DNA from: a virus
Length of the DNA: 64,000 nt
Direction: 5' to 3' (one strand)
IMG/VR virus record: IMGVR_UViG_3300022602_003048
Location: 29,538-93,537 of that record
Part shown: positions 18,253-26,200 of the stretch, one piece after another
Layout of the letters: every line of letters begins with the position of its first letter
Position numbering within the stretch: position 1 is the first letter of the stretch
Program-made: the position numbers and the translations under genes
The notes under the pieces: model-generated
The model's database searches: none
The model's input: only the letters and a program-made list of their open reading frames with translations
Told to the model about the DNA's origin: nothing

Positions 18253-18268
18253 CATAAGTATACTTATG
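18253..18268. promoter_or_regulatory. palindromic divergent late promoter pair
   Basis: CATAAGTATACTTATG perfect palindrome giving TAAGTA on both strands between divergent genes. Confidence 0.55.
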
Positions 18269-18736
18269 ACTATTAAAGTAACAGATATTTATTCCAGAAT
18301 CAAGAATAATCTATCTCTGGAAAATGCAAAAAAAGCACTATGGTTTTCAGCTGGTATCATATTCCTAGGTATAGCTTATCTAGGGACGTTTGTTCCTGGA
18401 TTACCTTGGTCAACTCCGAGCCTGTTAGCTGCATGGTGCTTTAGCAAAAGCAGCAAGCGTTTTCACGACTACATGCTCAACCATAGACTTTTTGGACCGT
18501 TCATAAAGAACTGGAGCAGTGGGAGGGTATTTCCTAAGATCGCTAAGTGGCTCATGTTCTTGAGCATGGATGGTAGTTTAGTGATCATGTGGTTTACAAC
18601 ACATAATGTGAAACTAGTTGTAGGTATGGCAGTGTTTTTTGCTTTGATATTGATTTGGGCAAGTCGTTATCCAGGATCTAAGGAAGAAGCTGATCGCAGG
18701 ATAGCAGCCGGCGAAAAATTAGGTTGGTTTAAGTAG
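18266..18736 (+). CDS. YbaN/DUF454 family inner-membrane protein
   Basis: G..VPGLP..P..LLAAWCFSKSS.RFH..L..H..FGP.I..W pattern. Confidence 0.85.
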   Translation: MTIKVTDIYSRIKNNLSLENAKKALWFSAGIIFLGIAYLGTFVPGLPWSTPSLLAAWCFSKSSKRFHDYMLNHRLFGPFIKNWSSGRVFPKIAKWLMFLSMDGSLVIMWFTTHNVKLVVGMAVFFALILIWASRYPGSKEEADRRIAAGEKLGWFK

Positions 18737-19255
18737 ACTCTTCTTTAATGCCTGTATAGCATCGCCTACGTGGCTGTCTTCGTATTTTATTCCTATACCA
18801 CCAGCAGCTTCCCAAGCACGTATGTTCTTACCAAAATCGTCAATCAGTATGTTAGGAGTGCCATCTGCTTGGGTGGCATGTGCTGCCTTGTTATGTGTGA
18901 TAATCACTTCTTTTGGAGGGAACGCATGCAGATGCTTCTTGACCCACTCTCTCTTCTGTGGCTCGCTGTTTGGATCGCCTGCTAAGGGTGTGCTGCATAT
19001 GTTGTAAGCACCTGCGAATTTCTTCACTGCTCCCAATAGCTTTCCTGCTCCTTGCAAGACCGGTAAGTCGATCCAAAATGTGGGATGATCTCTCACTAGC
19101 TGTAGCTTTGCTTCTGGATTCTCTATGTCCTTGTAGTGAGATTTACCGTCTAGCGCAGCCCATGCTCCAAAGAAATCAGCTAATACTCCATCCATGTCTA
19201 CGTAGACTTCTGGTTTCTTTTCTCTGCCTTCGCTGTCTACTTCGAATATCTTCAT
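18719..19255 (-). CDS. HAD 5'(3')-deoxyribonucleotidase (NT5C-like)
   Basis: YVDMDGVLADF, K..WV, ILIDD, W..AGGIGI; MKIFEV start. Confidence 0.85.
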   Translation of the reverse strand: MKIFEVDSEGREKKPEVYVDMDGVLADFFGAWAALDGKSHYKDIENPEAKLQLVRDHPTFWIDLPVLQGAGKLLGAVKKFAGAYNICSTPLAGDPNSEPQKREWVKKHLHAFPPKEVIITHNKAAHATQADGTPNILIDDFGKNIRAWEAAGGIGIKYEDSHVGDAIQALKKSLLKPT

Positions 19256-20077
19256 CTATCCTACCTCTTGGTATTCGATCCACTCGTCTGGAGTGACTCC
19301 TTGTTTCTTTTTAAATGCATCATGCAGCTGCTTTGGTGTTATATCGTTATCTTTGCTTATCTTTTTCATCATGCTATCGATCTCAAAATAGGTATGATCG
19401 CGCTTGTTAGTAGCCAGCAGGTCATCTTCTAGCCTGCTGACTGCTGTGTCTAGAGATTTCTCTAGCTTCTTCTTGGCCTTCTTATCAGCTTCAAAGATAT
19501 TGCACCATCCTTTTGGATCTATGTTTCCTATGACAGCTGTGCATTGATTTGGTTTCTTCCACATAGTGCATAGTTCGCAGTAGTTGTCCTTCTTAGGATG
19601 ATCTTGGTACTTTACAGCACCCTTTGTCTTCCGAGGTTTGGCTACTTCAAACAGTTTTTTGTTGAGTTCTAAACCTTCTCTCAGCGGTTTGATATCAAAC
19701 GCTTCGGGATGTGCTGCATCAAACTTGCGCATGATGATACCTGCGACCGCATGTGCTTCGTTTTCTTGTGGACTTCCATCCTCGCCGCTACGATGATTGA
19801 TCTCGCCCTTGAGATTCTGTTTATAATGTACTAGCTCATGGGCTAGTGTGCGCATGATGTCTAGTATGTGTCTGTTTCCTATCTCTACTAATACTTCATT
19901 TGTGTTGTTAGTAAAACTACCAAAGCTGTGGTGCTTTCGGTGATGTTCACCGTCTATCGCCCATTTGATAGGAGGTAAGTGATCTAGTTCTAGCATTTCC
20001 TTACACAGTATAAGGAAATCTCTGAATAAGTCAATCAGCTGATTTGGATTTGGGCTGTTTACTTCATTTATCTTCAT
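19256..20077 (-). CDS. zincin metallopeptidase-like domain + HiPIP-like 4Fe-4S module + C-terminal helical module
   Basis: RTLAHELVH...ENEA; YQDHP..CxxC..C..V.G.I.P.GWC; MKINEV start. Confidence 0.75.
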   Translation of the reverse strand: MKINEVNSPNPNQLIDLFRDFLILCKEMLELDHLPPIKWAIDGEHHRKHHSFGSFTNNTNEVLVEIGNRHILDIMRTLAHELVHYKQNLKGEINHRSGEDGSPQENEAHAVAGIIMRKFDAAHPEAFDIKPLREGLELNKKLFEVAKPRKTKGAVKYQDHPKKDNYCELCTMWKKPNQCTAVIGNIDPKGWCNIFEADKKAKKKLEKSLDTAVSRLEDDLLATNKRDHTYFEIDSMMKKISKDNDITPKQLHDAFKKKQGVTPDEWIEYQEVG

Positions 20078-20292
20078 TTCGTGCGCCCCCTAAACCCAAC
20101 CGGGCGTTCCTGTGTTAGATAAGGCCTGCTAAACCACAGCTGGAACCATTCTGGAGTTCCTGGACGTATGTTATTAGTCTTCATCAGATTGGCTTTTTCC
20201 ATGCCAGTGACAGAGATATTGCTACCTTCATATGGTGTCATGCCCTTGTATTCTTGTATCCCTGCCAGTTTCCTAAGTTCATCTAGATTCAT
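20074..20292 (-). CDS. conserved small phage protein
   Basis: MNLDELRKLAGI; IRPGTPEWFQLWFSRPYLT. Confidence 0.7.
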   Translation of the reverse strand: MNLDELRKLAGIQEYKGMTPYEGSNISVTGMEKANLMKTNNIRPGTPEWFQLWFSRPYLTQERPVGFRGRTK

Positions 20293-21785
20293 AATTTGAA
20301 CGCCTTTAGATTTTTTTTGATAGTCCTTGGACCTACGTCTGCTGTGCTGTTTTGCTTTGTTACAATTCCAACTCCTGCAGCTTCTTCGTCGACATTATAA
20401 TCTGTTAGATTAATTGGTCTTATTCTAAAATGAGGTTGAAAATAATATCCTATATTTTTATTCAGATTTTTTAATACTTCTTGTTTTGCTAAGTTATATG
20501 CTTTATCTTTATCTTTAAGTTTTTTATAAAAAGTATAAAAGCTACTATTTTCTTTTATTTGCCTTTCAATAAACTTTTCGAACATAGGAAGAGTTAATCC
20601 AAATTCTTCAATATTATGTTTTTTGTAAATTGCTTCAATTGATAGTAATTGACTATCCTCAGCAACCGCAACATTTGGGAATTCATAAGAAGCATATTTC
20701 TTGTGATAATCAGGATTACTGCTACCACCGAAACGCTTTGCTATAGCGTTATATGCCCTAAGTCGACCTAAATCTTTCTTAGCAGCTTGGAATGAGATAT
20801 TCTTGATCTCAGGATGGCGTTTCATATGATAGATGACGATGGCCTTTACTGTTCCTAGGATTTTTGCTGCGTCAAAAGGATGCTCACCAGTCATCTCTTC
20901 AGAATCATCGCTGGCCCTGTAAAATGTCACATGGCCTGTGCCTGTTCTTTCCTCATAAAATATAGAGACATTGATTTTAGATCCCTTACTAGGGGTAAAA
21001 CTATAGATGGAGACATTATCGCCATCATAACCTTTATACTTGAACTTATATGCAGAATCTAATGTTTCATCTATGTCTTCTGCTGTGCCTCTGGAAGCTC
21101 TGAATATATCCTGTGTCGAAGCATAGTTACCCCATACATCGGCAGCATTGCTGCCTTTCTTTCCAGCAGCACTTAGTGGGCTCTGGTTATCACCTGCTTC
21201 TTTGACTTTCTTGCCCTTCTTGGCAGCAGCATCTGCATAAGGAAGGAGATATTCTGCTACTAGATCAAAGAATGGCTTGCCTGCTATCTTGGTTTCGCTT
21301 GAAACTCCGGCAGCATCGCTAAATGCTTTGCGATCACCCTTTATCACAGCGTCACGCAGGGCTGTAGCACTGCTCAAACGAGGAGTAGGTGTCTGTTCTA
21401 TGTGTGGGAAATCGTAATATCCGTGTGGACCTTCTTTGCCGTTATACTGCATAATGGTCTTAGTGACCCAATCTTCATCAGTTAGGCACTTGAGATTTAC
21501 TTTTCCGTGCTTTTCGTAAACCATGCTAGCCAAGGTAAGCCAACTGATTTCAGCTATTATATGTTTGGCTACGTCGGGCCATATAGCTTCCATGGCCTGT
21601 ACTTTTACTTCATAAGGTAATGGATCCTTTGGGCCAACTGTGCTCTTGTTGGTACCTACGTACCAAACGGGGCTCTTAGCAGCCAATTCCCAAGCGGCCC
21701 TATGTCCCTTGTGTGGTGGATTGAATCTGCCGAAGATTATAGCGACTTCGTTTCCAGTTGACTCAAAAAATTCTCTCAATAACAT
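20289..21785 (-). CDS. HIGH-motif cytidylyltransferase-like protein with appended modules
   Basis: FGRFNPPHKGH, DPL...K, SSATALR; start re-assigned to MLLREFFE (ATG 21785). Confidence 0.78.
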   Translation of the reverse strand: MLLREFFESTGNEVAIIFGRFNPPHKGHRAAWELAAKSPVWYVGTNKSTVGPKDPLPYEVKVQAMEAIWPDVAKHIIAEISWLTLASMVYEKHGKVNLKCLTDEDWVTKTIMQYNGKEGPHGYYDFPHIEQTPTPRLSSATALRDAVIKGDRKAFSDAAGVSSETKIAGKPFFDLVAEYLLPYADAAAKKGKKVKEAGDNQSPLSAAGKKGSNAADVWGNYASTQDIFRASRGTAEDIDETLDSAYKFKYKGYDGDNVSIYSFTPSKGSKINVSIFYEERTGTGHVTFYRASDDSEEMTGEHPFDAAKILGTVKAIVIYHMKRHPEIKNISFQAAKKDLGRLRAYNAIAKRFGGSSNPDYHKKYASYEFPNVAVAEDSQLLSIEAIYKKHNIEEFGLTLPMFEKFIERQIKENSSFYTFYKKLKDKDKAYNLAKQEVLKNLNKNIGYYFQPHFRIRPINLTDYNVDEEAAGVGIVTKQNSTADVGPRTIKKNLKAFKL

Positions 21786-21793
21786 ATCTATTC

Positions 21794-22951
21794 CTAGGTT
21801 GGCGTCCAACGCTTTCGCGGCACGAATTTCACGTTGCCAAACTGCTTGTTCTGGTCAGCATAACGCACACGCCCTTCGCCCTTAGTATCCCATATATCTC
21901 CCTGTGGTCCGTCCACTTGGTCGATGATATCGTCCTTCATCTTCTGTATCTCTTTGACCAGAGTGAACATGGCTTCCAGTGCTTGAGGATGCGCCACTGC
22001 TATCTCTTTTATCTTGGCCTGCTTTGGTCCGCTTACCTTGCTCTTAGAAAGCCACTCGTTGAAACTTTTTGCTCCTAGATTGTCTAGCTGTTTGGCCTTA
22101 GCAGTCTGGTTTACATAGGTATAGATTATATTCTTGAGATCACTCATTCCTGCACGGTCTTCTAGGAAACCGTTTATCTGTGCGCCGTGCTTCCTGACAT
22201 ATGCTTCTACTTGGTCTATCGACTGTGTGTTGATCTTTACTGGTTTAGTGTTGTATACTGGTCCTAGCACTATGAGATTTTGATTGCTGTTGAACTTGCT
22301 GAAATCGCTGATTGGTTTCTGATCGCTATCTGCCATACCAAATTCTGGAAAGAACGCATGCCCTACGACCATCACCTGTGCATTAGCTATCCTCTTACCT
22401 AGCTCGCTGTTAGCACGGACATGGTAACCTGTACCACTCTTGGGGTTAGGAAAGAAGTTATAGACTCCTTGTGCGTCTAACTGCGGACGCTTTAAGAACA
22501 GTCCGTCTGCGTAGACGAACCCAACAAAATCCTTAGGTGTTCCCTTGTTGAATATAGGATATAGGCTAGCGAATTCATCAGCAAACTGATCCCTAGCTTC
22601 TTTCTCTTCTGGAGTCTTTGGTGATCCGCTCTTGTTAGCGATGAAATCTTTTAGATCTTCCGGATTGTCTGTCTTAGCACCTCGGCTCCAACCGTTGTGT
22701 CCTGCCAGTATCAGAGGACCGTTTTTAACCTCACGTCCCCAATATATCTGCGGATTACCGTCCCACTTCATGCGCAGGCTACCAGCACCTTCTTGGGTGC
22801 TCATCTCTTTTATGTGTGCTAGTGCTTCGCCAGCACCTTCGGTACCATGGAAGAAGACTAAGTCTTCGAGATGATTGAACGCACGACCTAGCTTCTTAGC
22901 AGGTGCAGCTTCCTCAGCTTCTCTGATACCAAACAGTTCATTCAACAACAT
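21794..22951 (-). CDS. DUF6267-like protein with ligase/nucleotidyltransferase motifs
   Basis: FNHLED, MKWDG (KxDG), GEGRV, VKFVPR; MLLNELF start; TAAATA at 22976-22981. Confidence 0.65.
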   Translation of the reverse strand: MLLNELFGIREAEEAAPAKKLGRAFNHLEDLVFFHGTEGAGEALAHIKEMSTQEGAGSLRMKWDGNPQIYWGREVKNGPLILAGHNGWSRGAKTDNPEDLKDFIANKSGSPKTPEEKEARDQFADEFASLYPIFNKGTPKDFVGFVYADGLFLKRPQLDAQGVYNFFPNPKSGTGYHVRANSELGKRIANAQVMVVGHAFFPEFGMADSDQKPISDFSKFNSNQNLIVLGPVYNTKPVKINTQSIDQVEAYVRKHGAQINGFLEDRAGMSDLKNIIYTYVNQTAKAKQLDNLGAKSFNEWLSKSKVSGPKQAKIKEIAVAHPQALEAMFTLVKEIQKMKDDIIDQVDGPQGDIWDTKGEGRVRYADQNKQFGNVKFVPRKRWTPT

Positions 22952-22981
22952 TACTGATAAACTTCCTTATTGGAATATTTA

Positions 22982-23197
22982 TCAATCCAAGTGTACTGTA
23001 AAGTACTGTCCATTATGTGCCCCTCGATAGGGGATGGTCTCGTCAGCACGTACCATGAAGATCTCGATCTTGGTGCCCTGTGGACGCACAGTCATCTTGG
23101 TTTTGTCCTTGCTCAATATATCAGCAGAGATCTTTTGACCAGTTTCTGGATGTACAAGCGTGCATTTAGTCTTGTTTGGAACCTTGGTTGACTTCAT
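22982..23197 (-). CDS. hypothetical protein
   Basis: ATG 23197 after GGAG; own sigma70 promoter. Confidence 0.6.
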   Translation of the reverse strand: MKSTKVPNKTKCTLVHPETGQKISADILSKDKTKMTVRPQGTKIEIFMVRADETIPYRGAHNGQYFTVHLD

Positions 23198-23218
23198 GAT
23201 ACTCTCCAATTTTGTTTA

Positions 23219-23247
23219 AGTATAACACAAAATCAGAGGATCGTCAA
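23219..23247 (-). promoter_or_regulatory. sigma70-type promoter
   Basis: TTGACG-N17-TATACT. Confidence 0.7.
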
Positions 23248-23250
23248 CCT

Positions 23251-26200
23251 TTATGCCCAGGTACCTACACTGGTATTGGCACCACTTGCGCCGATCGGCC
23301 ATATCTCTATAGTAGCACCTGCCTGCACGTATGAGCTAGACCCTGGGGTTTGGCTGTTAGAGAATCCAAGTTGTGGTATCACTGTACCACCTGTGGTTAC
23401 ATCTATACTGCCATCTATGATAAGGTTGTAGTAAGCAGTACCGCTTATGCTATTTGACACAGTGACTAGGGTAGTGAATCCTGTGGTGATGTGGTTGCTC
23501 ATCTGATAGACCTGGGTCGGAGTTGTTTGACCGCTGCTGCATGCTGGATTTACGATGTAGGTATGCTGTGCCAATGTTGCGGTCCCTGCCAGTGCATACT
23601 GTATGCCGCTCGAAGTCCTTACTCCGCTTGACGCATATATTGTGCAGAGTATGCGATACTGATAACGTGTTCCGCTGCTCAAAGTCACACCAACACCTAG
23701 CAGGCTCTGTGTGCTAGATTGGTTAGCTAGAGAATAGTTAGCGTTTAACACATAGTATTGCAAGGACGGTAATATACCACGCTGTGCTCCTTGTGGTGTG
23801 AAATATAACGCCTTGCCATCATATTCTGTAGCACCAGCTGAGGCACTGGTTAGGTTAGAACCAGCCACGAATGTCAGCGGATCGACGCTGTTGGTTCCTG
23901 CTGACAGTGTGACCGGACCTGGGAAAGTAACTGCGCTAGGCAAGCTGATCGTTACTGAACCCGTGCTAGCTGAAACTGATATCTGGTTAGCTGTCCCTGC
24001 TAAGCTGGTTACTGCTGTCTGCAGAGGAGTGAATCCTAATGCTGTAGTGACTTGGCTGGATGAGAGTGAACCGCTATAGGTTCCTGTTATGCTAGCTGCT
24101 GTACCGCTAACGTTACCGGTAACGTTACCGGTCAAGTTACCAGTGAAGGTCGTAGCACTCACGCTGGTCAGCCCGCCTAGAATGGTTGATGTAGCACCTA
24201 GTGAGATGCTGGTAGAACCTATAGTAACTGAGCTGTTAGTGAGCTTGCTGTTGGCGATGCTGCCTGCTAACATGGCGTTTGTTACAGTGCCAGTGTCATT
24301 GGATGTTATTATGCCAGTCACTGAACCGGTGTATCCGTTGACAGCGAGGACGCCATTGTTGGTTATAGTAACATTGCCTGTGCCTGAGCTAACTCCTATA
24401 CCTAGTCCTGCTACAGCAGAAGTAACACCTGCGTTCGTCAGTGTACCGCCACCAGTGACTGCTAGTCCTGTGCTGACTATCACACTACCGAGCGTTGAAG
24501 TAGTCGCTGCTATGTTTGGACCAACCGATCCAGTATAACCTATGTTGCCCTGCGATCCCGCATAGCCGACTGTTCCCTGCGATCCAGTGTAACCGAACGA
24601 TCCCCAATAGCCCTGCGAGCCTGTGTAACCATAGGAACCAGTAAATCCGAATGATCCAACAAAACCTAGATTGCCCTGAGAGCCTACATATCCGACTGCG
24701 CCTAGTGATCCTGTATAACCTATGGTTCCTTGCGATCCCGCGTATCCACTACCAGTATAACCTGTGGGTCCTACGATAGCACCAACATCGGTCCATGCAG
24801 CACCACTCCATACATATAAGTGGCCGCTAGCAATGACTATGTATCCGTCGCCGACAGTGTTGCCGCTGGCTGGGAGAGCACCTACGGTAGCTACAGATCC
24901 CTTGAGTGTAGTGTTTGTTCCCTGTGCGCCCTGTGGACCTTGTGATCCTGCATAGCCTACAGAACCCGCATAACCTGTGAATCCTATAGAACCAGTATAA
25001 CCTGCGACACCAAATGATCCAGTGTACCCGCTGATTCCCTGTATGCCCTGTGATCCAGTAAAGCCAACGCCTTGCATGCCCTGTGGACCCTGTGAACCAG
25101 TATATCCGATAGATCCAAATGACCCGGTGTATCCTACAGCACCAGCTGCGCCAGCTGATCCTAGATAGCCTCTAGAACCAGTATAACCTATTGGAACAGT
25201 GCTGCTGACCGTGATAGTGCTTCCTGCTGTGGTCATAGACACACCGCTACCTGCAGTGAATGTTAGGGTATCGTTGTTAGAGATAGCAGTGATAGTGCCC
25301 TGTCCGGTCACGAATACGTTTTTGAATATGTTCTGCTGCGAACCTCCGTCTGCGTTGGTCAATATTATAGATCCACCGAGCGACACAGTGCCACCGCCCG
25401 ATAGGCCAGAGCCAGCAGTTACAGTCACTGAGCTGTTGGTTAGCTTGCCGTTGGTAATGCTGCCGGCTAGCATTAGGTTAGTGACCGTACCTGTATCAGT
25501 GGTATAGACACCGTGTGTCACTGTTCCGGCATTGCCAGAGACGTTGCCTGTCACGTTTCCGGTCACGTTACCTATGACATTACCATATACAGATCCAGTG
25601 AATCCAGTTGCCGTGACAGAACCTGCCACGTTTAAACCTGTATCGCTGATAATAGCACGTATGTTAGTGCTTAGTGTCCCCCCGGTGTGGAACTTTATTA
25701 CAGCACCTGCTGTGCTAGTACCTATCGTTAGGTTACCGTTAGCATTGTATAGATAAGCGTCATTAGCTCCACTGACTGTCCAACCCACACTGGTGCCATT
25801 ATAAGTACTGGAATTGATACCCATGTCTATGAAATAGCTGCTATCGTCGCCTAGGTCGTTGCTAGCTACGAAATCTGTGCTTGCGTTGGTACCATTGCTG
25901 TGGTTCTGCTGTACCAGCTGCACGTAAGAATTAGCATTTTCATCTATCTGTAGGAAAGCGTTCGGGTAAGCAGATCCAACGTAAGCAGTACCGAACCTAG
26001 CAGTATTAGAAACGCTGATAGTGTTAGCAGATAAGCTGCCTGTGTCTACTTCGCTGGCTACTTTTATGCCAGCAGTTCCTAGATCCCAGTAGTTGTTGGT
26101 CAGATTGTAGAGTATCTGTTGCGCGAACGGACTGGCGCCTAATATGATACCACCGCCGTCTATCTGGCTCGCACCTGTTGATCCTGTAGCTAGATATAGT

